Shown piece after piece: positions 13,481 to 26,500 of a DNA stretch of 64,000 bases. Position 1 is the first letter of the stretch. Every line of letters begins with the position of its first letter. The position numbers and the translations under genes were made by a program. The notes under the pieces are model-generated. The model made no database searches, was not told the origin of the DNA, and saw only the letters and a list, made by a program, of their open reading frames with translations. Where the stretch lies: assembly GCA_036172245.1 (NCBI GenBank), contig JAYWIR010000053.1, positions 496,001 through 560,000 of the forward strand. Reading direction: 5' to 3'. This DNA comes from Raillietiella orientalis. Taxonomy: Eukaryota.

Positions 13481-13912
13481 GAGGGTTGCCTCCAAAGCAG
13501 AACCCATTTAACGACGGGGTGGTAGAGGAACAGGAGGCCTCCAGACGCCAGATGAAACACAAGAGAGGGGACATGGAGCAGGGTCGAACATCAAACACTC
13601 CCAGGGGCATGCACGGCTCTCCTTCCCTGACGGCACCGTGCTCCCTTCGAGGAGCTCCCTTCAGAGAGACTGGGAAGAACCCCTTCGGGTTCCCTCAGGA
13701 TAAGAAATTCCAAGAGCGAATCCTTTCCAGGTTTTTTCTGAAGAAGGGATGAGGAGTGGCCCCACAAACCGAGGGGGTTTCCCGGAGGGAGGGAGGAAGA
13801 GGTGGTTCCCAAGCATGAGAGGAACAGACTGCTTCCTCCGGAGCCTTCCTGGTGTAACCTTTAGAGGATAGCCCCTCCGGGGTCATCCCCTACAGCTTGA
13901 AGAGTGGTACCC
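13481..13912 (+). mobile_element. SINE family copy (5'-truncated, with an internal insertion)
   Basis: GAGGGTTGCC...GCTCCCTTCG...TTCCTCCGGAGCCTTCCTGG...CAGCTTGAAGAGT is homologous to the other copies. Confidence 0.7.
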
Positions 13913-14575
13913 ACTATGAGGTGGCGTGGGCGGTCAAAGAGCTGCATGACCCCCCTCTTCCTAAGGAGGCGGACGGTTCTTCAGCACTTTGCGCTCAAAC
14001 TTCTTGCACAAGACACGTCCATCGGAGATGGTGCCGCCCTCCCGTGCAGGGGACGCGAGACTCGGAAGCCGTCCTCGGCCACTGCGCGTTTTGGTCCCGT
14101 GGCAGCCTCGGCGTATCACCCCGATTCGGTCGATCAGGTTAGTAAGATGATTTCGGACCGATGGGATCGGCTCGTCTGGAACCAGCACATCCATGGGGCT
14201 CACTCCCAGTACGTCCGACTCGTCGCAGCACTCCGAGGAGAAGGTCGGGTCATCGCACCCATCGTCACTGTCTCCCCTTGAAACCCAGCCGATCTTTCCG
14301 AAAGACTCCAGCAAGAGGACCTGGTGCCTTGCGATGCAGCTTCCCATTTCGTTACTGACACCCCCTGCCGCCTCCAAAGGAGAGGGAAGAAAATTCGAAA
14401 ATCGCAGGGAGGAATTTCCTTATATTCTTTCTGTCCCCATGAAACCCTGAGGTAGTTAGGAGGAAGTCTCCTGAGGGTCTCAGGATCCTGGTCGGAAACC
14501 TGAAAGTTCCCAATGCCCTGGAGAACCGGCAGGAAACACCTCGAGGACGCCAATCCACAGCTCGTCGCCCCGTTG

Positions 14576-17500
14576 TCACTCTGGAGAGGAGGAGGAGGGG
14601 AGAAGGTGACAGCAGAGAGAGACCCCAGCGCTCACCTTTCCCGAAAAAACGTTGCGCTATAAGCTTGTTGATGACGAGGAAAGGAGATTCGAAAATCAGA
14701 CTCATCGGCAAGGCGACCAGCATGCTGAGGACCAGGTGGGCCATGAAGAGGTACACCTGCAACGCAAAGGTGGCACCTCGACTCGCCAGCTCCCACCTTA
14801 CGAGTTGCGTGCCATCGAAGTACAAGGAAGACTTCCTGGAGAACACGAAAAGGTACTGTATGCTCATGCAGACGATGTAGCAGCTGTAGGTCAGCCGCCC
14901 CAACGGCACGAACACGGACCAAGAAAGAAATTTGTTGATTGGTCCTGTATGGAGGGGGAAAAAAAACGGTACCTTTGCTTTGGCGCCAGAGGGGAAGATA
15001 AGAAAAAGTACCTCCGTATCCGTAATTACACGCGAAAATGACCCACGCCAGGGCGACTGACCAGGCATGTCGGTGCACTGCCGCGTAGAGAACAGTGTCG
15101 AATCCGTAAGTGCGCCTTTCGTGAAAATAAGGGTAGATCCCATATATGACGGCAAAAGTGGTCGCGAAAGCGAGGATCCACCCAAAGACCACCAGAGTCT
15201 GAAAACAGGGGAAAAAAAAAAAATGGTCGGTCGGACTGAAGAGCAAATGCTTGCAGGGAATTTTCGTCTTTTTCGGGAGCAACGGGTGAGTCGCAGAGCA
15301 ACAGGGAACCTCCTCTCTCAGATGAACGTTAGCTCTTTCGAGACTCATCGTTTGACGAGCCCCCGGGGGCCCGTGGACACGTCTGGGCTCCACAGCGTAC
15401 CAGTTTTCATGTTTCCCGCGCCAACTTACCTGCGTCAACCATTCACGCTGCCTGCTTCCCGTGCTTCCACGCGCCCATGAACAGCTTGCCCGGCTCTATG
15501 CCCCGAGGAGACACCTCCAGCGGCCCCCTGCTCTCCCATTCCCAGGTTCCAGCGTGTGTGCCCTCCATCCCCTCCGACTGCAACAGGGGCGGCGCCCGCT
15601 GCTCCGTCCGTGCCGGGTCGGAGGGTGTGCTTTCTAGGCGTAGACCGGTCAACCTGATGGCCATTTGTGAGTGCACGCTTAGGAATTCGGTCGCCTGGAC
15701 GTGAGGAGTCCCATCTTCATCCGAAGAAGAATCCATCCAGACAGAAAGATAGGGACAAAGTCCAGGAAAAGTAGGAAGTGACCCCTTGGGGTTCTTTCTG
15801 GAGGAGGAGGAAACCAGGAGCGATTCCTTTTCGGGATTCCCTCCTGAGAAGATATGAGGAAGAGTTCCCCTCTGGGAACTCCCTCTGGAGACAATCAGAG
15901 CAAGGGTTCCCTCGGGGACTCTTTCCAGAAGCAACCTCCGAGGTTCCCTCCCAAGAGTAAGAGAGGAACGGAATTCTTTCTCCGGAGCATTCCTGGACTC
16001 ATAGGGTGGCCCCTATGGGGTTACCCACAATAACAATACGGGACTGTTCCCTCGGCTGGCGCGGGCAGCGTGGGTTCTGATATTCAGATGCGAACGCCTC
16101 CTCCGCGTTCCGCTTTACTGTGCTCACGACGGAGAGCCTTCCACGGTGGCCGTTGGTCTCCAGCTCATTTGCCGGACCCGAGGACCTCTCGCAATTTTGT
16201 GGAAGAGCCGCGCCTTCCTCCCTTTTCGTTCACGGAAACCTGGACTCGGGAGCACGGCAAGCCACCGAGGAACGCTCGTTCGATTCTCGCGCCGTTCCCC
16301 CAAACCCTCACCTTTCCCGTTCCTCCCTTCGGATTTGCTGACTTGTCGGAAATGCGAATTCCACCCTACGCTCCGTGTTTGCGTCAGCCTCGTTTAAACC
16401 TTTGCGGTCTTCGCACATCTTCTCGTCCTCAGAAGGGCAAAGGGCAGGTCGGGGATAGACTTGTTACTTGGAAGAAAAGGGGGAAATAAATACATTAATA
16501 ATGTATAGGCGATTCACAGGAATCCAGTCTGGACGCCTCTTGCTGCGCCCTCTGGGATCCTTTTGTTTTTTCCGCCCGCTGCTTTCGGGAGGGCCACTTG
16601 CTGGCACGTCAGGTACCCCCCCTTTCCTCCCTAGGGCAGCAGTCGGGGTATCCCCATCTTTAGCGTATAAGCCGCGCCGTGCCCTGAAAGCCGCTCTTGT
16701 GCAGAGACCCAGCGCGGCTATGGATGGCAGAGCAAGAAGCTGCTGGGCGTACGCGAGACACGAAGGAAACTGGAGATATCAGCTTCCGGTGCTGATGGAA
16801 GCTGACAGACTCCCGGCGCCTCCCTCCTCCTCCATTGATTCTCCTGGCCATTACCAAGCCTTCGTCATCTTCCTCTATCGAGGTGGCGATCGCGCGCAGA
16901 CCATCTGCGCATTCGCCTACCCTGGTCTCGGACACCTCTGGCGCTCCGGCGGTCCATCGAGGACCGTCGCAGACAGAACAGAAGCTACCAGGATCCCTTA
17001 CTTACCCCTCCAGGATTCGGGGTCCCAGAAACCTCCTCTGCAGCCTTTCTTCCCTCTCCAGGAAGTGCGTGGCCTGAGCCCTGGGGCAGCACCCTTGCAG
17101 GCACCGAAGACCTGGAATTTTTCTCGCCAACAAGGACGGCTTGTCCGATGGTCGGAGGTCTTTTGGGTCCGGCTAACACGTAGGAGAAGTATTCGAAGCC
17201 GGAGTGTCCGAGTCCAAAGACAGGAAAGAGAAGGAACGGGCGGGACGGACCCCACCTTACAGCCGCGTTCCGGGCAGGTAGAGCGATGGGGAGTGGGTAG
17301 GGGTGGAGGTCGGCTGTTGATTCCAGGAAGTGTGAGACAGGGAGCGAGGATGCCGAAGGGAGGCGCTGTGCCCGAGAGACGAGGGTGAGGGACCGGAAGA
17401 CGGCACCGAGGCAACGGTATCCCTTGGGGGGGGGGGGAAGAGGCGCGAGTTCCGCAACGGATGGACGGCCGTCCTTTTTCGATGATGGCGTCGCGAAGAG

Positions 17501-20500
17501 AGAAGAGGCGAGCGTCTGTAGCGGCTGCCTCCGGCTCGTTAGAACGCTACTCCGCGGTTCCCGTCGGCGTAGCCTGTGCTCCCTCTCTGCCTCCTTCCGC
17601 TCCCGCGGGCGAAGGTCATTCGCAGGACGTCCCCGCCACCACTATCCGGGACGGACTGTCGAGGGAGGAGGGGAAGATTTCCCCTTGCTGCCATCCCTGC
17701 GTTCAGAGACGCACACCACACACCGCGAGGAGTGCTTCGTGCGCCGTGCGTCCTCCTGAACTCTAAGCAGGAGGCTGCAGCTAGCGCTTCTTCTGGTCCT
17801 TCCATCTCCCTGTCCTCCAGGTAGGAAGCGAACGCAACGTGTCGTGATGTCCGCAGCAAGGAAACACGACAGGGAAGCCTGTTTACCCGGTCGCTCAGGC
17901 TGGAAGGGATGTTGCCGAAAGGATTGGGACCCGCGCCACTGTCGGCTTCTCGGGCGGCTCTTCATGGTCGGACGGACCTGCTCCATGCGACCATGGCAAC
18001 CCTCGTCCTGAGGGCGAATCGGAAATCGCGCTCCCCGAACAGCTTCGGGTAGGGACGGTTGCATGGAAAGGCAGGCTGGCTCGAAGGCTTGCAAGGCAGA
18101 CTGCAGTTATACGTTAGCCGTGAGCGGGTACAACTCCTTTCCCAAAACATGGGAGACGATGAGGAACCGATGCGGGCATATCGACGTGTCAGCGAGGGAA
18201 GCATTGCCGATCAAAAGAGACGACAAGGAAAAAGGAGAAGAAGATCACTTTCTTGTTCGGAAAGTGATCCTTCTCCTTGGCAGAACCGCTCTGGAGGACT
18301 GCTCCATTGAGTTCCACGTCAGACATTTCGTCACGGAGATATACGAGATCCCATGTTCAGGAACTCAGCTGCCTGCGGATCACACGCTAGCGGTGTACCC
18401 CGCTCACTTGAAACAAAAGCCGAGGATCAGCGTGAAGACACAACGCAGCTGTCCTTACACCTTCCGCCGTCGTGAACCCATGACCACACGGCCGAGTGTG
18501 AAAGCTGACTGGAGGTGTGGACGATCGGAAACCTCGGCGGTTCCCGGACAGTCCGCGCCAGCAGGCTCGGGAGCCTGTCGAATTTCGAAGGTGACGACAG
18601 GACGGAAACCGGAAGTGGCCGTTCGCGCGCGGCTTGGATGTGGGGCGCTTCACGTGCACGTTTCCCGACGTCCACAGGCGCAGCAGTTGGCCGCTTCCTC
18701 CACGCGAACAGCGGTCGCGTGTACCCGGTGCCGGAGGGTTCCTGGTCAGCGACGTCACGAGCGCTTACCTTCGGAAGAACGAATTTCCTCCCTTTGGCGT
18801 GGTGCATTAAATATCCAAACCACATCCCCAGCACGTAAGGCCCGAAGCGCGTGTGGGCAGTCACATAAAAATCCTTGAAGTAGTCCATTCTGAAAAACGA
18901 AACGGGAATTCACCACAAAGTAGACGACTTCCCGTTTTCCCATCTCCTTGTCGCTCTTGAGAAATCTTCCTCCGGTTACCCACCCGGTCGCTCGCACCTT
19001 GCGCTACACTTGAAAGACGTTGCAAAGCGTGAGAAGACACGGAAAGGACGAAGCAGATCAACACCCCCCCTTCTTTCTTTGGGGAAACCAAGGAGTTCAC
19101 CAAACCAGAGAAGCTGTTTGTGTCTTCCTCGCGAATGCCTGAGACGCGCTCAATGGTACCAGAAAAGTCTTGCGCCATCGCCGGTGTCTCGCAGTCCAAA
19201 TGCGCACGATGCGATGGTAACCACACCCCAAGCTGATCCGGAGAGGTGGCAGAAGGCTCCCCGAACACGGACATAACGAAGAAATCCAAGGGAAAAAATG
19301 TTTTCCAGGAGCGAAGAGGTCGCTGCGAACGAGCTGTAATTCTGAGGATCGTTGTCGCCAAGCGCTCAGCATTGCCAATCACTTGAGAAATCCGCGAATA
19401 CTACCGAGAGTTCTTTTATGGTGTTTAATCAACGTGCATGAAAGTACGCAAACAGTCGATTGAATTCCATTAAAATTGGCTATTCATATATCCCATGACA
19501 TACATACATTTAATTCGTATTTAACGCGTATTTATTTGAGCATATTTATGTTACACTTGATGTGAAATATAACACCTATATCTTCAGATAGAATTGCTGA
19601 TATGCTTCGATTTGTAAGTGCCACAAATGTTTAGAATATTGATGGGTATAAAATATTCTTTAATACGATAAGAAAAGGCGAAACGTGAAAAATGATACAT
19701 TCGCTAGCAACGTTAAAGGTTAAGAGCGAGAGGATTTACATTATAGCTTTTAATACTACGATTGAACATATTGCAAAGATTCGAAATCTTCCGCTCCATT
19801 TATGGAATACAGAAGAAGAATCTAAGTCCGAATCAGCAGGAGCGTCAAGTTGTGATCACTCTTTACCTGAAATCAACGATCGCAAACAACAAGCAGGCAA
19901 CATCGCATTCCCAGATGATATTCCCATCTAACATTACTCCTGGAATGATGAAATAAAACAAAGAACCAAAAAAAAAGTCCCGTGCACACCTGAACACCAT
20001 TCATTCATGCGTTTTCTGTTTATTTTACTCATTGAGCTCATGGAACTCATTCAGGGGCTGGAAACAAATGAACGTTCTCTTGTTTGACTAGTCTTGTTGC
20101 ACAAAGTTCATAGATAACTCGTCTCAAATCACCACACAGCTTTCCAAGAGAGTATTTAACCAATGTTTCAGATAACGGAGCACTTTTCTCCAGCATTCAT
20201 TCAGCATCCCCTCCCGGAACGCAGTGAGCACGGTCTGAATGGTCTGAATGGTGTGAATGAGCATGCTGGTGACTACAGTCATAGCCTCAGATGTGGTTGC
20301 AATTCCACATTTTCGATTCTCTTCCTCCAGCTTCTCGTCCAGGGCACTGATGTGCCGTTATGGATGATTGAGAGAATTCATCGATGAGAAATTCATCTTT
20401 TCTTGTTTTCTATCCATTCGTTTCGCTTGCAGCAATATCCCTTTACCACTGTTCTTACCATCCTCCCTGGATTCCTGTTGTCCATTTCCTATACCACATT

Positions 20501-23500
20501 ACTCTACTGACTTAATTCTGCACTTCAAACTTCAGTGTACGTACCACCGAAGCAGGTACTTCTGCAATTATGCTTTAATACTTCGAATGCATTTTAACCA
20601 CCGCAGGAAGATTAATGTCTCCTCTACACGCGTCCTCCTCCCAGTGAGCAGGAGCACTTCTAACTTGGCCATTCTACCAACGAATGTATTTTTGCATCTG
20701 TCTCGTGGAATAAGATGATTGAAGCGACAACGCGGTAGCAAGTGCCGGAAGAGTGAAGAGAGATTGAAGAAGCATAATAAACACTAACTGACAAAAGTGG
20801 CTGCCTGCTGCATACACCATTGGAATTTGGGAACATGGATTTGCTGCGCACATCAAGGCACACAAAACTATGCTGTTCCTGCACGAATAGGGTCTTTCAA
20901 ACACTCTGAGCTTTCGAATCATACCGAACACCCATTCTAATCTTCTTTTGCAAATCCATATTCTGCCACTCCTCAACTAGCAACCACAAGAGGATCGGTT
21001 TTCAGTGGAAGAATAAGGATCGGGACGGGGAGTAGTCGGCTGCCGCGATGCATTCCCGGGAACTCGCGCGGGGTAGAGAATCACCACGAAGCTTTTCCCA
21101 CGTGAAAAAGACGTGGGTTCCGTTTGAAAACATGCCGAATGACCCTGGGAGATTAATTCACGCATGTCATAATAGGAGGGAAGACGAAACGACAGCCATT
21201 TTCGGCATTACCATCGAAGAGCAACACGGAAGTGACCTGGTACCATTGCTTGCGCGATTTTGACGGCTCGTGTCCCCGATCGCTGTGCACTGAAGACGAA
21301 CGTTGCTCCAAGTTCGAGTATTCCACAACGTACGTCAGTTGTCCAAATTTTGTTCATTTTATTATTACTTGTTTTGTTTCTTGCTTGCTGTAGAGAATGC
21401 TGATCAATTAAATAAAAACTTGTGCCGTTTCTGAACAGCACTTTCTGTATGGATGCCCAATGCCTTTCTGCTTCTGACGTTGCACTGAGGTCCAGAAGCA
21501 CACGTTCTTCCCTCTTGAATTGTTCTGCCTGCCTAAAATCTTTCATCCCACTTTTGATTTTCTTTCTTTTTTTTTTCAAAAAAAAAAAAAAGGAAGCGGG
21601 GAATTTTTTTCCTATATAGCCACGAGATAACACCAAGTTCAAAGAGTTGAAAAACGTGAAGCCAAGTGACAGTTTTAAGCGAATTGGTTTCGATGGTACT
21701 CACAGTGTTTCTAAGTCACCATACATGACGATTGTAGGAGGGAATTTGCGGATGTACGTGATGGCTCCTGGGATTGCAATAGAGGCGATGGTAGCTAAAC
21801 CCAACCAAGTCTTTCCTGAAATATCACTCTCGGTTTTATTCTGTTCGAGCACTTTTTAATACTCCCATGCCACAGTTCCTGAACTCACCGAGAATATTCC
21901 ACCTATACAGAGGTATGACGAATAGAGGAGAGAACACGAAAAATTGCATGTCACATGCTAAGTACCAGGCTTGAGCGACACACTAGAATTGGAGTAGATA
22001 CCTTAGATACATGGGAACATGGGAACAGCATTTCCAAATAGAGAAATCAATTTTTTTGATAAAGTCACACCGATCCCACGTTCTTCGAAGAAGATGGGAA
22101 CGTCCGGTGAATCCTCGACTCTCTCTTTGTGTGGCATCCTTTCTCTTACTTGTTTGAGAGCAACGAAAGATAACGGAGGTCACCGTTGCCTTTTTTCTGA
22201 TATTCGAAATACGGAAATGGCATCGTTGACCGTGACGATCAAAATCCCGAAAGATCACGGAAGATATAATGCTTATTAATATATTTTTATATAGAGAATA
22301 TATATTATAAAGATTATAAAAAGAAAATGTGTGTTTATTATGTATATTAATACATATATTTTTATATATAGATTGATATACAAATTTATCTTAACGTAAT
22401 CTTATTGATATAATTAAATATACATCTCAATATATTATTAATATATATCAAAGATTACAAAAAATAAATGTATATTTATACATATTATAAATGCCTATTA
22501 AATGAATATATAAATATCACTTAAGTCCCTGTCTGGCTTTGTATGAAATGGAGTAGGGTTGGGGCATTTATTAGCAGTTAATACAAGAGGTGCTTTAAAA
22601 CTAGAAGTAGAAACAATTATTAAATCATGCGCACCATCATCATGTGTAGGATTAATGATTTTTTTATGATTCATTCTTTAGACTGGTTACGATATACAAT
22701 ATTGCTTACACCTAGTTATATGTATGAAAATGTTTGTAGAGCATAATTTGATTTCGGATGGTTCAAGCGCTTGAACAAAGTTTTGCAACATGTGTTGTGT
22801 ATCAATCATGAGAAAATTTTAATGTTATGTAATATATCATTCTGAATGAAAGGAAATTTTGGTGCAATTTAGACAAAAGTTCTGGTTCTCGAAAATCATA
22901 AATTTAGAGATTATCATTATTTGGAAAATTGATTCTATGTAATTATTCAGAGATCAAATCTCTCAAAATACTGTAAAACCTCCTCTTCATATCGAATGCT
23001 AAAAAATAAAAAATACGTTTGACACTTAAAACACTTGGAAAAGATGAAAAAGCAAACAAATTGAAAAGCAAAAAGAAAACAAAAGAAATTTGGTATTTCC
23101 TTTTCCTGTCATTCACAGCAGTCAGCTCGTGCGAATTCCCAAACACTTGGTGAATCCTATTTTCGGCATTTTGATCGGTAAATAAATAAATACATGTATG
23201 TTTATAATTCGCTATTTACATATCCATTTCGTACACATTTATTAAATGTATAAATATATATATCTTAATATATGTAATAACATGTATATTTATTTTGATG
23301 ATCTGAATAATATAATATGTATATTTATATATAAAAATATATTGACATATATAATGAACATATTTGTATTCATAATCTTCAATATATACATATAATGTAT
23401 ATGTTAATAAATATTAGTAAATATGTATGTTAACGTAAATTTGTATATCACTCTATATTCAAATATATGCATTCGTATTCACGATAAGCATGCATATTTA

Positions 23501-26500
23501 TTTTTTTGATCTTTATAATACATTTAACAAACAGTTAACAAGCAAATCAACAGAAAGACACCTTTTTTCCATCTCAGATACTAGAAAATTAAGACCATAA
23601 TTGCCCACAAAAATACATCTCACAAAGAGCTGCCAACTTAGTTCAATGATAAATACTTTCTTGAAAGCAGCTTTCGTATCTCATGTTTCTGTGAAGTTAA
23701 TGCAAACGAATTCCCTGCTGATGAGACCAATGTCTATGGTTCGAATAAGATAGACCATGTGCTACAGTTGCTAAGTGAACCTTTCTATTTACCTAAATAA
23801 TTTATGTATGCCAATATGTATTAATTGTATTTGTTTTTAAGATCTTTCGGGATCTCGAACCACACCCCATCGCTGGATGAACTTTTCAAGTCTTCCGAGG
23901 AACATCTCAGATTAAGGAGCGCGGAAAGGAACTGACGTCTGTGCCGGTCCCTTCCCATCCCCGCGTGAGGACATTCAAGAGGACCTCGGAAAGAATTCCC
24001 TCTGCGTCTCCCAAAGGAGGAAAGTAAATCTAAGGCAAATGTCGATTGTATTCCTTGCGTTCCCGTGTCGAGAGACAAGCAAAGGACACACAGATTTTCG
24101 AATGCAAGCGCGGTAGCAGTTTCAGTCTCTGGAAGGTCCGTTCCGTTGACCTGCGCACGTGTGCAGGAGAGAAAACGGCAAGTATGGTGGTCCATAATCC
24201 GAAATGTGAAGCGTCTGGAGATGTGCAGCAGGTTTTCTTGGCAACCGTTGAGATCGATCCAATGGAGCGGTGCAGGCTTTCGCTTTTCCCAATGGGATGC
24301 GTAGCTGCGATGAGGGTGGGGTTGGATTCGTGGGGCACCGTTCCGTTCAGCGAGAGAACTCTTGCGGCTCCAGCATGGGCTTGAAATCTACTCTTGCAGT
24401 AGTGGACCTTCTAAAATCTACCTGAGGTTCAGCTCGAATCACTGCCTCCACCTTGAAGGCTACCATGATTTAAAGAAAAGCTCCTTCGCCTAAATTTGCG
24501 AGGTGCACAAAAGATCGTCAAGAACCCTTTGCGCTTTACGTCGCTTTGCTCGAGGGGAAACGCACGGTGAAAGCTGCGGCCACCGACCGAGCACGCAAGC
24601 GATCAGCATCCGGCGTGATCTCGAAATGATCTCGTGCTCTCATTCCAGACCCGTCGCTCTCGGAACCATCAGGGCAGCTGCTGACTGCGTGGAGCCGAAT
24701 TGATCTGCCAGGAAGCTGCGTCTTCCAGGCGCCATCCCGTTTCGCGCACACTCTCTTGTCGCAGCCGCTTCGAGGAGGGAGGGAGCGAGGCTGACGTTGA
24801 CGCGAGTTTATCAAGACGGGAGCCACGTGGGAACCGTGCAGTGAGCTGTTCGCTCTTGAGGTCTCCTGCAGCCACCAAGCCTAAGGGCTGAGTCTTCTAT
24901 GCCGGGACCGCCGCTCTTGGATTTCCCGCACCACGTGCCATTTCGTCGGAACGATAAGAATCCCGTGAGTCTCGGTGATGATTCCTTGGATCAGCTGCGA
25001 GCGAAGCGGCAGCAAGCAGAGTGGGCTGCTTGGGTTTCGTCAAAGAAATCCCACGAAGGTTTTGATGCACGGACCCCTCCTTCAAACAGTATCATTCCTC
25101 CATCTCTCCTGTCCGTTTTCGAGTACCTCTCCGCGCAACCAGAATTCGAGGTCACAAGCCCGCGAAGATAAATCACACGTGTGGAGTCACCCGGCGCATT
25201 GGCTTGCCGGGAGCCTCTTTTCTCTGCAATTACAAAATAACATTTTGTAATTGCAGATTTCTTTGGTGATTCAGATTGCCCTCTCTGCACTTACTAAAAT
25301 ATGACAAACAGCTGCGAGCAAAATCATGGCGCGTGACCGTGACGCAACGTTGCCCCGTGATGGTCACAGTGGCTAGACGACTGTGTCCACGCTGTACGAC
25401 ACCAGAGAGAACACCGGAAGCCTCTCAAATAGAAGGCCATAACGTTTGCTTTTCCACGTCACATCAATGCAAGAGCCGTAGAAGATTCGCAGCCGCAAAT
25501 ATCGAGATTGTCAGTATCATTCCATTCCGAAACAAATGATTTTGACATACCATGTTGAGGTTGCCATCTTTGTCTTGCAAGTAATTTTGGATATACAAGA
25601 TATTCGACCACCAGTACTCAGTACAGGGCTTCTTGAAATTAAGGATCGTTTGCTGTTTCCAAACAGGGCCGCTGCCGAAGTAAATAAATAGTGTGGCCAG
25701 CCAGGCGATGTTTGCAGCAAACACCGGCGTGAGCCTAATACGGAATTTCGACGTTGATGACCCATGCTCCTGACTTACTACCTCAAGTATCTTGTCACGT
25801 AAGCAGCGACCACGGCCAACGCCGTCTTCCGGTTCCTTGTGCTTTTGTATTTGGTGTCAATCCTGGTGAGTTGCTGAAACATCACGATGACAACCAACAT
25901 GCCGCTTAAGAAGAAGAATGTGTCCACGCTAACATAAGCGTTGCTGATAACGAGTACGTGGAACTTCCTGACGAACTTGAAAAGAGAAAAAATGCAATGT
26001 GGATTTGGTTCAAAATGTAGTTAGTAGGTTGGTTCGTAGGTTGGATTCGTAGGCACTGAAGAAAATTCCAGAGAAATGAGAACCAACCAAATTACGATCA
26101 TTCACAATGAATTTAATTATAGGCAATTATAGGTGAGGAATCCCGGAAGCAGAAACGCGTTCGATCACCATAGAGTGTCGTTTGTTCTCTCTGGTGGTGG
26201 TAGCGAATTAAAAACGGGTTGTGGCTGGCGAATACCAGCTGAAAAGACGGGTAAAATTGAAAAAATCGGTACAAAGGGGAACACCTCGTTTAAAAAAGAC
26301 CCCTTACTCTGTTCCTACTGTGGAGAAATATCCAATAATGGAAATTATCCTGAGTTCTGTTTTCGCTGCTTTCCTTCCAACTTGTTTTTTTTTTTCGGGC
26401 TTTCTTTTCTTTGGTTCGATAAGTGCTGAAGAACCGTTTGCCTCCTTAAAGGGGCGAACAAAGCTCTTTAACAAACTGTCCACCCCACCCGAGGGTGCGT

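Noticed and set aside
16468..17388. 306-aa ORF, and similar long GC-rich ORFs (232-927, 30604-31395, 32334-33074, 36426-37361, 54528-55352)
   Set aside because: Their R/S/P/G-rich composition is typical of GC-rich non-coding DNA or decayed retroelements, and no intact domain is recognisable.
20150..24450. Further faint LINE relics (20150-20960 and 23900-24450, both minus)
   Set aside because: The motif similarity is too weak to report as features without a search.
25773..25781. Alternative stronger-looking donor GTAAGT, 3 nt downstream of the gene A exon 8 donor
   Set aside because: Using it creates TA|G (stop) at the junction. The GTAGTA donor keeps the conserved RYLRLTP.
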